DNA of 64,000 nt from Fimicolochytrium jonesii. Lineage: Eukaryota. Below the pieces are notes generated by a model, which was not told the origin of the DNA, ran no database searches, and saw only the letters and a program-made list of their open reading frames with translations. How positions within the stretch are numbered: the stretch's first letter is position 1; each line of letters opens with the position of its first letter. Below are positions 53,112 through 64,000 of the stretch, in pieces. The stretch covers positions 186,001 to 250,000 of the forward strand of contig NW_026515690.1 in assembly GCF_025526975.1 (NCBI RefSeq), read 5' to 3'. The position numbers and the translations under genes are program-made.

Positions 53112-54361
53112 ATGCCAATCCTCTCAACCCTCCCCCTCCAACCCCCCGGCCGCTTCGACGCCACCTACTCCCTCCAACTCAACAATCTAATGTCGCGGCA
53201 GGTGTTTGATGAGCGTGTAAAGGCGTTCAATGCGGCGATTGAGCCGTCTGTGAGGGATGCGAGGACGTGTTCGGTGAGATGGGTGGTGCCCTTGCTTTTG
53301 ATTGCTGCTTGGTATGTATCGCGAGAACTGTCCTAAGAGGGGGTGATGGGAGCACGACGCGCGAGCAGTACATATGCTGCGCTGCAGCGGATGGCTGGTT
53401 TTGTTATGAGTTGAACCATTCGACCATCCGCTGCTTCGCTTATCAATTTCTCATTAAGTGTTCTTCGGTTTCGGATAGGTTGCCGGTCAACATCCTTCTC
53501 CCGAAAGCCGTCCTCCCGGACACATGCAAAGACTCTGGATCATCCAGCCCCTTTTCCGATTTCGACAACTTTCGGGAGTGTGGTCATAAGGAGACTGTCA
53601 GGTGAGTTCCTTTCAGCAAATCGATGTTCCCCTCATGCCGTCTCCATTCACCAGCAACCTTCTTCTCACCCCCACTCTGTCTATACCGTCATATCCCCGC
53701 CCCCCAGCCACGTAATAATCGCCGTCGTGAGCATGGTCACTCTCGTCATCGCCGTCATCTGGGCCACACGCGCCGCCGCCCGTAAACACGAGCGTCTCTC
53801 ACTCCAAATGGAAGAATCATGCCGCCGAGTCGCTGCGGCGCATAACCGGAGTGATAACCCAAAAGGACTGAATTGGATGGTGCGGATGGTGCAGGAGGAA
53901 TACACGTATTCGGCTAGCAGTGATAATGGGATGAGTAGCACGCGGACGGGGACGAGGATGAGATTGGTGAGTCGGGGGCGAGTCGGGGAAATCGAGTTTG
54001 CCCAAAAAAAAAATGACGACGCAAATCCTCATCGCCATTCTTTGGAACCTGTCTGTATATGTAGACGGTAGAACTCGAACACGTCCAACCGTCAAATGTA
54101 CCCACAATGACCACGCAATCGCAACCCCCGTTCTATCCGCCCTACCCTACGCCCACACCCAACATCCGCGCCGTACATCCGACCACCGACGACACCGCCG
54201 CGGCGCCAACCTTTCATGTCGTCGATGTCGTTCAATCTCCAACGCCGGGGACGTCCTCATCAGCTCTTCTAGGCGGCGATAGAGACTATGGGGAGGGACC
54301 GAGTGCGCTGCCGCCGCCGTATAGCGCGGCACCAGCGGCTCCGACGAAAGATGGCGAGTAG
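53112..54361 (+). CDS. Hypothetical membrane protein with C-terminal PPxY motif (N-terminus loosely Erf4/golgin-A7-like)
   Basis: (TA)n tract upstream; exons MPILSTLP...WVVPLLLIAA, VIIAVVSMVTLVIAVIWA...PKGLNW and ...ALPPPYSAAP*; exon junctions approximate. Confidence 0.55.
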
Positions 54362-54861
54362 TAGGGGTTAGATGCGTTAGGTAGAGGGTGGATGTATGTA
54401 TATATACAGGACCCATTTTTTTGGGGGGAGATGGGAATCGATGCGGTGATGCTCGATAACATGATTTACTGGTTCTTAGTAATGCGGATATTGGGACACC
54501 GTTCGGAGGTTGTGAAGCTGTGTTAGATAGTACTGTACAGTACGTAGTAGATATGGATTTGGCTGTGGACAAGTGGTGGTGAGTGCGATCGGAGTCCGAG
54601 GACGGAGAAGGGCGACGCGTTTGTAATAGAGCCCGATCGTGCTGTCGGGTGACGTGGCAGCCTTCCCGTCCTCTGCACTCCCTCCCCGCTCATCCAGCAC
54701 ACTCCCGCCCCACCCCATCGCAAGCTTGCAAAGGGTCCCCGTGCATATAAATAGGACGCACCCGCCAGCCCCCTGCTACAACCAACGCAGCTCCCCCCCG
54801 CTTCCCGCCTTCCGAACTATCCTCGACAACTTCCGTCCTCGTACTCACCACCACCACCACA

Positions 54862-55965
54862 ATGTCCACCCCGAAAACCATCCTCGTCACAGGCGCCAAC
54901 AAAGGAATAGGCTACGAGGCTGTCAACCTGCTGTCCCAGAAGCTTCCCACCAGCACTATCCTTCTTGGAACACGATCGGTGGAGAATGGTCAGAATGCGA
55001 TCAGGAAGATGAGGGAGGCGAGCGGAGGGAAGGGGTTTGAGAATGTTACATCTATTCAACTGGACGTTGATAGCAGGGAGTCGGTGGAGAACGCGGTGAA
55101 GAAGGTGAGCGAGGGAGAGCGAGCAATTGCTTGAGGGTTCCGAGCGTAGCGACAAGATTGCGAGCGATAGCGACCCCGGACTGGACTTTTTCGGAGGCCC
55201 CGGATGGCGGATAGCACACCAGCCCAGGCCTCCTCCTCGCGAGCGGAGCGTGCAGGTTATTGTTCAACCATCAATCAACCATCCAACTATTAACAAACCA
55301 ACCATAGCTTCCCTCGCACAAACTGACTGGACCTCTCTCTCGTTCCCCAGGTCAAGGCGGACTATGGCAAACTCGATGTTCTTCTACACAACAGTGGAAT
55401 CGCGAACGTCGGTGGTGACGCGTACGCCAAAGGAGTCTTTGACGTCAACGTAACCGGGACCAAAACAGTCGTCGACGCCTTCCTCCCGCTCATCCCCACC
55501 ACCGGCCAGATCATCGTCGTCTCCTCCGAGGTTGGCACGTGGATGATGGGCGCCGTGTCCAAAATCGCCAAACCCATCACCGACACCCTTGACGACCCCT
55601 CCCGCGTCACCTGGGATTACATCCAGCACCTCGCGGACGATTTTCAGGCTCATGCGACCAGTCAACCCGCCAAGGAAAACTGGCCCGCGACGTCCCGGTT
55701 TGTATCCAACTACTGCATCAGCAAGATGCTGCAGACGGCGTGGGTGCGTGCGTTCGCACGGCAGCATCCGGAGTTGAAGGTGGCGTTGGTGTGCCCCGGC
55801 TACTGCGCGACGGAGCTGAATGGGTTCTCGGGGCCACGGTCGGCGGCGCAGGGAGGGGAGAGTGTGACATGGCCGGTGTTTCATGAGTTTGAGAATGGGA
55901 GGTTGTATCAGGATGGGAAGGTGTTGCCTTTTACGGCACCTGTGCCGGAGGATTTGTTCAAGTAG
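54862..55965 (+). CDS. Short-chain dehydrogenase/reductase (carbonyl reductase-like), one intron
   Basis: TGANKGIG Rossmann motif, LDVLLHNSG, VSSEVG, YCISK catalytic motif and CPGYCATEL; TATAAA at ~54746; intron ~55105-55350. Confidence 0.92.
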
Positions 55966-56336
55966 GGAGTAGGTCTGGATTGTAGGAAATGCGGTAGTTA
56001 TTGTATTGGACTTGTGCCACATGTGGCTGTATAGCTAGACGATGCATTCGAATATGAATGTTCTGCCACTCTCAGCTTCATGCACGTAACAGTTGTCACG
56101 GCAGATGGAACGGCCGTCATTGAGCGTCCTTGCGCTGTCCGTGTCCAATGTCCATCGAAGCCGGTTGTGACCCAGATCACCGCGAACTTCGACAAGCCAG
56201 CCACGCTCGAAGCCAGCCACGTTCGGACAAGGCTCGATGGCACACTGCAAATACTGTATCACACAAACGTCCTGCCCAGTCCTGCCCGATGGCCAGCTCT
56301 ATGACTGTATGACCCAATATCCCGCCCTCTGGCGTG

Positions 56337-56680
56337 CCCGATGTCAGTTTGTTTTTGACCTCTCGGTTTCACTTTGACTTCGGTCTTGACCTATGGCCCG
56401 CCCTATGGCAACTTGACCGTATGGTCCCCGCTCTATGGCGCACTGACCCTAAGGTTCCGCCCTATGGCTGGGCGGTCTTTGACGGTCCGGTTTGACTTCG
56501 GTCTTGACTTTGGTCCCGCCCTATGGCAACCTCTGATTCTATGGTCCCGCTCCAAGGCCAACCCGTCCGATGTCTGTTTCTCTGACCTCTCGGTTCTGTT
56601 AAACTCTCGGAAAAGGTCACTCGGCTGCTGGTGCTGACTTTTTTGTTGACGTCCACACTTCCTTCGGTTTTGACTTCCGT
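56337..56680. repeat. Degenerate non-coding direct-repeat array
   Basis: TTTGACTTCGGTCTTGAC...CCCGCCCTATGGCAAC at ~56373 and ~56491; CCGATGTC...TGACCTCTCGGTT at ~56338 and ~56567; many CTATGG and TGAC[CT] motifs. Confidence 0.75.
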
Positions 56681-57508
56681 GTTTCAATAACCGTCCACTG
56701 CAGCTCCAAACCTCGCGTTTTCATGCGGCAAGCGGGGAGTTGACGTGTTGACGAATGAGTGTTGTGTGGATTGTCTGTCGTTTTGCTTGAGGCTACTGGG
56801 ACAGGACACGGTTATTGAACCTGTGCCTTCTTGTGCAGTGAACCCATGAACAGGGGTGACAGTCAAGATGGCCGGACAAGTTCCCCCAACCGATCAGGAC
56901 CGGTACATGGTATGGAGGCCCTTGTCGTTGTTGTTTCAATGATATGGACAACGCGGCCTACATATCTTTTGCGACCAAACATGAACGACAAGGACTTCCC
57001 CAACGGCGCGCCGTGTTCCGGCACCCGCAAGCCAGAGCCTCGCTTTGACGGATACCAAAGCACCAAAATACCGCCAAACGAAACCTGCATCGCCAGCTGC
57101 ATTCTCATGTTGTCATTACAAATCATCATGTTCAAAAGAAAAATCATATACATAAATTACGGAATAGTCCCGGATTGTAAAAAGTGGTGCATCTACATAT
57201 ATTTACGGGGAAGATGCGGTCGTGTGTGCAATATGTCCTGGGTGGAGTCTGAAAGACTCTTGTGGGTTGTGGGCCGGGAGTGGGTGGTTGCTTTTCTGCC
57301 TCACTTTGTACTTTGTTGTATGAGAAGAGCTGATGGGTGTGTTGATGTCGGGGGCGTTGGTGATGCGTCGACGCAACCCGGTGGTATGCGATTGTTATCC
57401 CGCAAGTCCCTTCCCCATAGGGCCAAGTTTTCACAGCCGATTCCTGCAGTGGGAGCTCCTTCCCAGTCGCCGCCACCATCCGGCCAATCCTCCTCAACCT
57501 CCCAATCT

Positions 57509-58119
57509 CTACAAATACGAAACCAAATTCTCCACATCATCCTCATCAAAGTCCGCATGCGCATCCTCATCCTCATCCTCATCCTCCCCAACCACATTGT
57601 TCACATCATGCTGCAAACTGTCCTCCTCATCGTCCTCCCCAAAATCAAGCGCCTCTTCCTCGGTCATGGCCATCGGATAGTGGTATTCTGCCGGCGCGTG
57701 TGCGACTTCTTCTTCCTCTTCGAATTCTTGGGTCGCTTCTTCTTCTTCAGGTTCTGAGATGGCTTCCGGGGCGGCTACATGCACAGTGTCGGGGGTAAGG
57801 AGTTGTTTCCTATACGGAAAATGGAGATATCAGCTTTCCTGCTACTTTCGCCACTGCAGTTTACGAAGTCGAGGGTTGTCACACCTCAATCGAAATTCCT
57901 CCAATATAGCCTCCCGCTCCTTCTGGAACGCTCTCGGCTTCTTCCCGACCAGCTCTCCCGCAGCTGAGTCGAGGGCGTCGGCGGCGAGTGTTATCCCGTA
58001 GGTCATTTGTTTCCATTTTTCCTAGAGGCGGGGGGTGAGCGTGACATAGTGGGAAAGGACGGGATGTGGAGGTGACTTACTTCTGAGCCTTCGGAAGGGG
58101 CTGCTCGTTTGGGCGGCAT
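57509..58119 (-). CDS. Hypothetical protein with basic MPPKR N-terminus and highly acidic C-terminus, 3 exons
   Basis: MPPKRAAPSEGSE|EKWKQMTYG...EEFRLR|KQLLTP...EEEEEV...EDEDEDED...LVSYL*; GT-AG introns keep the frame open. Confidence 0.6.
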
Positions 58120-58465
58120 GTTGGGAGATGTGGAGTGCGGGTGGGTGGGTTGGTGGATGCTGGCAGGGGGGACAGTGAGCGCAACAGGCTCGGCAACAGC
58201 GTCTTGTTCCAATGTTGAAAGTGTGTTGAACGGCTGCGGAGCTTCTCTCGCTTCCAGTCTCGCTTCTCCGCCGTCACTCGTGAGCTCAATTCACACGAGA
58301 GAGAGAAGCCGCTGTGAACCTATCCTGTCCTCGGAAGCAGGGTCACATATACACGGACAGGGACAGGGACAGGCAGGCGGTCTCGCCCTCCAACACAGCC
58401 TATCGCAGGTGTGCCTTCGAAACCGCCAGCCCTTCTCGCTCTGTGTACGCTTTTCGTGAGAAGCA

Positions 58466-58990
58466 ATGGACTTCCAAAGCAACGAACGTCCACGTCCACA
58501 GGCTACCGACCTCAAACATGAGGAACGCCCAACGACACCTTCGCAACCCGAGCCGGAGAAAGAGAAATCAACTGATTCGAACACGCCCTGTCCGGAGAAA
58601 GAGGTTGCTACACCCGCGGAGGAACAAAAAAGTCGAACCGCCGACTCCTCAGAAGCGCCTCAGCGCAACGGACCAGCCAATAAAATCTGGAAGTATGCAA
58701 CGTACACGGGCGTTGCCGTTGTCGGAGCCGTCGGTGCGCCGTTTCTCGTCACGGGTGCAGTCGCAGCAGCCGGGTTCGGTGGCGCCGGGATCGTGGCTGG
58801 AAGCTGGGCAGCGGGGTTTATGGCGTCGTATGGGGGTGCTGTCGCCACTGGGAGTGCGTGCGCAGTGTTGCAGTCCGTTGGGGCGGCGGGCTTGGCAGCT
58901 TCCACGACTGCTGTGACCTCCACGGTGGGTGCTGTGGGTGCAGCTTTGGCTGTCAAGGCGGTCGATCGGTCGAATTCCAAGAAGCTGTGA
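58466..58990 (+). CDS. IFI6/IFI27 (ISG12)-like small Gly/Ala-rich membrane protein
   Basis: AVAAAGFGGAGIVAGSWAAGFMASYGGAVATGSACAVLQSVGAAGL matches the Ifi-6-16 consensus GF...GI.AGS.AA..MS......GS..A.LQS.GA.GL. Confidence 0.82.
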   Translation: MDFQSNERPRPQATDLKHEERPTTPSQPEPEKEKSTDSNTPCPEKEVATPAEEQKSRTADSSEAPQRNGPANKIWKYATYTGVAVVGAVGAPFLVTGAVAAAGFGGAGIVAGSWAAGFMASYGGAVATGSACAVLQSVGAAGLAASTTAVTSTVGAVGAALAVKAVDRSNSKKL

Positions 58991-60027
58991 TTGCTTGGAG
59001 GACGGGGGTTGGTACAAGTGCGTCTTCTCCCCCATTGGACTTCATTATCCTGTGGCTCGATAGCTAACATCCGTCCCTCCTCCTTTTATAGAATCCCGGC
59101 AGCACTTAGCCAAGCCACGATAGTTCAAAGTCGGAACGATTTGATAGCGGAATGATTGGAGTGCCGTGCAGGAGCCTGTATATGCGCACAAGGGCATCTA
59201 GGTCATTTGAATCCAGCGCTTAGGACTGCGCGAAAACCGGGCGCTTCTGTGGTTGATAGCGCTCATTTCTCTGGCCACCCTCGCCCAGCAACAACAGCTT
59301 CTCTGATGAGACTCTTGAATGACTCGGGACCCAAGTCGCTTGCTTGCAGTCCAGCCTGACCCTTCAGACGAGAAGTTTGGAAGAATCTATGTATGCAAGA
59401 AGAACGAGCGCTGTTCCAAGGGAGCGTAATGAGTGCATGTGCGGCGTTGCATTCAATGGCAAGTATGCTGTTTTGGCCCGGGTCTGACAGGAGAACCTTA
59501 GCATTTAGATTAGCATTCCGACCGCATAGGGCGAGACGTGGCAAAGAACATGGAGCCAGGAAATTGCCTCCCTAATCCATATGTACTGTACTTTTACCGG
59601 TTCCACATCAATAGCCTATGAGCTCAACGTTCGTGAGATGTGATCGTGTTGTCATCTCATGTCCTCGGCAAAATATCGAATTGAAAGGGCGAGACGGAGG
59701 CGGCTTTGAGCCGCAAGCTTCCGCGAACTCGGCAAACGAGCTGTACCCGAGCTGGGATAGTGCATCGCAAAAATCCTCTTGCTGCTGAAGGAAGTACGTA
59801 AGGAAAGGTAACTTCACGTTGATTACAGCACCTCAAGAACACCAAAACGAGTGGCATCTCAGTGTCTGCTGTAATCCCAATCGGGAACCACATCTGATTG
59901 AACTTAAAACAAATATACACCAAAAGATACTGGATGTACAATGTAATAGGACGGGGGACGGCCGCTTGCCGATAACGGCGGGATATATACACGGTGCGAC
60001 CGTCCCCCACTACCTATAATAGGACTC

Positions 60028-61425
60028 TTACACTTGCGAGTCCGATTCCGGGCGTTCGCCCGTCCCCAAGGGAGTGCCCGTCTCGCTGCCCATCGCGAGC
60101 GTCCGGTCCGACACGGTGTCGAATGGCGTCGTCGGCGCGTCGATGCTCCTGGTCGGTCGCCAGAGCGACGACGGACCCTTGTCGCGGGTGCCGTTCTGGA
60201 TGTGGGAGGAGTAGGCCGTCACCATAGCCTTGGTGTGCACGAACGAGAATTGCACAAAGGTGGTGAGTTGCCATCCGAGCCACATGCTGCGCGCGCCGGT
60301 GTAGGTTAGGGACGTCCAGAACATTGGCTTGTTGATCTGGGCGACTGTCAGCTGTGATTGAGGAAAGAAAAGAGAGTGAATCCCAGATTCGGAATGATCA
60401 TGCACGGCGTGTGGGATAACTTACGATTGCCAAGAGGATCTGAAATGGGCGACGGAAGTAGGTAAAGGTAAGAAATCGGATTCATTAGACTCGCCGGTTT
60501 CGAAACAGATAGAGAAAGGAAGGACTCACGTTTACGATGAAGCGAAGAACAATGCTGGACTGGAACATGCGTGCGACGATGGATCTGGGAAAACAGTCGA
60601 CACGGGTCAATCTCACACATCCCGCATTGACTCTGTACTTTGAGATGCTGGCATGCTTACCGGTTGAAATCCATCTTGTGAAGGAGGTACCAAATGAAGA
60701 GGACGTCTCCGGCCGCTACACGAAAAAGAACGTTGATCAAACAACTCCTCTTTTTTCCTGGGAAACCACACAGTCCACTCACTCTCGACAGAGAACGCGA
60801 CCACAGCATCCACCATAAGCATAACATTGAAGATGTTGTCCACCCGTGGCGAGATGCGCACACCCGCCAACCACAATGCGCTAGGCAAGATCTCCGCAAC
60901 AACGTGGAACAAACACGCCAGGCCCGTAACGACACAGAACGCCAGCGCCATCTTGTTCTGCCGGGGGAGCATGATCCGTGCCCTGACCGCCGCGACGACC
61001 TCAAACGCGCACTGGGCAATAACGAACAGACACACCCAAATGAAAGAAGCCACGGCGGGGTTTCGTACGAAAGCCAGCCCATAAAGCTGGGTCAGATCAA
61101 TCGCGAACGACTGCCGGAAATCTGTGAAGAACATGACCCCGATCTGCAGGTTGTACACCATGGAGGCGATGGCGAAGAGGCAGGAGACCGTGCAAGCCGA
61201 CCAGACGAACTTCCGGTACTGTTTACGGTGGTCCCATAGCGTTGGGATGGCTATGAAGAGGATTTGCGTGAGCCCGATCATGATGAGCGGGACGGCTATT
61301 CCCGCTGTGGCCTTTATGAGGATAGACAGAATGTGAGCGGACGAATCATGTAGAAAGGATTTGATCAGATCCTCACCGTCTTTGCCAGCTGAACAGGCAA
61401 GAAGGTCTTCACAATGGCCGAACAT
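60028..61425 (-). CDS. Hypothetical multi-pass (about 7 TM) membrane protein, multi-exon
   Basis: About five hydrophobic segments in the 323-aa ORF plus further hydrophobic exons downstream, ending in a polar tail; no family recognised. Confidence 0.6.
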
Positions 61426-62561
61426 TGCAACGGCGTGATGCCTATGGAGTCGAATGTCGGCGGAACTGGAGTTTGGGCACTCATGATGACTTGACTTGTC
61501 CGGGTATGAAGTTGAAGTTGTTTTCGTGCCAGCGGCGAGCGTGAAGGTCAGGATTGCGGGATAGGTTGAAGTTCTGACCACCAAGGTTATAACTGCCAGG
61601 CGGGCGGGCGACGATGTCGGCCATGTTTAGCCTTTATGTCGATTTCGTTCGGGCGACTTTCTTCCCAGCGGAGTTTCAAGTTTTTGGAGGAACCGCCGTG
61701 AGTACCCCTCCTGTTTCACAACGGTCAAATGTAAATGTTGTTCGCTGGTATTCCCATCAGTATTCCAAGAAGCCAAGAACCTAAAAAGAAAGGCGATTGT
61801 CGGTGCACAACGACCAAATTGTTCAAAGAACAAAGGCCGAATTGTCCCAACCACGCTTGAGGTGCCGACTCCGACCATGGTCGCTTTATGTAGTTTTTCT
61901 CCCCTGCGGAAATATTTATAAGTTCTCGAGTAGCGCCACCCGGCCGGTCGCCACCCTCCCGTTTCGCAAGGCTATTGCTGTGGCTGTATCCGGGATCCCA
62001 TTCTCTAGGCGATACCGACGGCGCTTATACTCATACGGGCGGGGGTACCGAGGCCGTAAACAAAAGGAAACGCGGCTGCCGAATGTTTGTTCGAGTTACG
62101 AGTTTCGAGTTGGCAGATGAAAAGAAAGGCATTGTTCTATAATGGATTTTCTGAAAAGAAGGTTGCAAGGTTTTCGGTGGACCCACGGTACCGGCACAAA
62201 CAGCTTCAAGACGCTTTCGATTCTCGTAGCCAACTTCGAAGCGTGACATGCGAGGAGAAAGCACAACACAAGGCGGATGCTTCTGAAGGCTGCAACCGAG
62301 AAAGTGGCAATTCCAGCTTATGTGTCAATGGTATATGGTTTACATTCCAGGAGAGTGTTTCTGCCAGTGCTCCCGTCAACAATCTACAAGCAACACAACC
62401 ATGATACGCCAACTTTCCCCAACAGCGCCATCAGGAAGTAGGTATAATCTCCGAGGCTAAAAAGGAAACGCAGATGCTCTCGGATCAAGCTGCATCGAGC
62501 TTCTGTGTGCAGCTATCCTGGTATGTTATAGAGATGAAAGGGAATCGAGCGGAGGAGCGGA

Positions 62562-62666
62562 TGTGTCCCCCCTGAAATAAATCAGCGACCGCCGCGACGC
62601 CAAATTCACGTGAGTGACCAATATTGATTCAATTACAGGGGGGCACAGCTTTTTGCGGGGTGACTG
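62562..62666. mobile_element. Second, left-eroded copy of the 49802-49928 MITE
   Basis: Shares CCCCCTGAAATAAATCAGCGAC.GCCGC..CGCCAAATTCACGTGAGTGACC and the right end GGGGGCACAG...TGACTG|TA. Confidence 0.82.
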
Positions 62667-63029
62667 TACGCTTCCGCGGCAGGTTATTATTAATTGCGGG
62701 GCCCGCCAGTTGTTTTCCACAGACAGTAGATTTAAAATACCTCCAGAGAATCGGCCTTCCTCGCCTTCTCAAATTCTCTACCCACCTGTGTTTTTCTCGA
62801 CTATACTCTTGCACCCCAGCTCATAATTAGGTATTCCAGTCATAATGGGGTCCGTTAAGCTAGATATCGAGCTTTTCCTCGCTCATAACCTAAAGACGAG
62901 AGACTCGTCGAAAGAGGTGCCGGACTCCGACCCCCCCCCCCCCCCCCCCCCCTGACATATGCGCAATACGCTGATAAACACCTCCCCCGAACCGTCCAAA
63001 TCATCGCACTGATTCCACCGCCAACCCTA

Positions 63030-64000
63030 TTGCGACGAATCCTTACCGCCTTTATCGAAATTAACTGCAGCGATGCGGGCCTTCCCCACACTGCTGACGC
63101 TGTCAAAGACATCCTTGCCCTTCCACTCGACCAATCCAAATACCTCGCCGCTCAGACTCGGTTTTTAGTGGACGATATCCGTATGGGCACCCACCGTGAC
63201 TTTAGTCCAGGGGAGTTTGTGCCTTATCAACCCGTCAAAGATGGCCCCTTTGGAAGAGGAGGATTTGGCACCGTTCTGACAAATTGTACTTTGACGACGG
63301 TGCCAAATCCTCCTCTTCCAGAGATCCATCTATCGTGTATGCGTGCAAGGAGCTACGCTTGGACTTGAAGGAGCAGACCGAAGGTGCATGGGGTTATGCA
63401 GCGGAGTTGGAGAATCTTGGTGGTCTAGACCATCCCCATCTCGTCAAGCTCAGATGCTCTTACACCCAAAACCACAAAGCCTATATCATTATGTCGCCCT
63501 ACGCCCCACTCACCTTGCTATCGTTCATGAAGAACCCCGACGCCTGCGCTTGGTACGTAGCGCAAACTTCGCCTCAACGCCGGGAGATGACCCTTGGTTG
63601 GATGTCTTGCATGTCATCAGCTTTAGTCTATCTCCACGATGCGGAAATGAAACACAAAGACATCAAACCTGACAATATTCTCATCGACTGCGACCACTGC
63701 CACCACGAAAACTACCCGTTACCCGTTCTTACCGACTTTGGCATCTCTAAGAAGTTCTCCCTCTCGCAGGGCAGTGATAGTAGAGGACAGTCTGGGACTT
63801 TCTTCTGGCAAGCCCCGGAACATATGCGGAGTGAGCCGGCGGGACGAGCTGCGGACGTGTTTGCGTTAGGCGGGATATTCTTGCTCTTGCTGGCTTTAGG
63901 ACATGGGAACACTACGGAGACGATCATTGCAGCATTGCGAGGGGAAACCATACCGGCATCGGGGTTTGCCGCAAAGCTTGACGAGTTCGTAGTGCCATAC
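63030..64000 (+). pseudogene. Ser/Thr protein kinase with an apparent frameshift after the Gly-rich loop; runs off the window
   Basis: FGRGGFGTV is in one frame; YACKE, LDHPHLVKL, HKDIKPDNIL, TDFGISK, WQAPE and ADVFALG are in another frame from ~63278, with no intron between them. Confidence 0.7.

Noticed and set aside
56337..56680. Possible CRISPR array
   Set aside because: Repeats are degenerate and irregularly spaced, there are no unique spacers or cas genes, and the context is eukaryotic.
56831..57757. 308-aa plus-strand ORF
   Set aside because: Its 3' part is the antisense shadow of the acidic minus-strand gene, and the rest has no protein-like features.

Overview
Eukaryotic, intron-rich fungal DNA with short GT-AG introns. 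The gene content (NEDD1, INCENP, class C GPCR) points to an early-diverging zoosporic fungus, probably a chytrid; this is an inference. There is a tightly packed conserved block at about 4.3-36.5 kb: CRM1, ARP8, INCENP, a CDK-like kinase, an ACAP-type ArfGAP, a histidine phosphatase, NEDD1 and CDC23/APC8. It is followed by an accessory-looking block at about 36.5-64 kb with lineage-specific genes, apparent pseudogenes, a Tc1/mariner-type MITE family and local repeats. The most notable items are an intact multi-exon receptor gene fusing a bacterial-type BMP/PnrA ligand-binding domain, a six-blade Kelch propeller and a class C (GABA-B/mGluR-type) 7TM domain; a nearby small secreted C-C-CC-C-C peptide gene; and an intronless CruF-like carotenoid hydratase gene. 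All family calls come from motif recognition by eye, with no database search, and exon boundaries are approximate. No tRNA, rRNA or CRISPR array was recognised.
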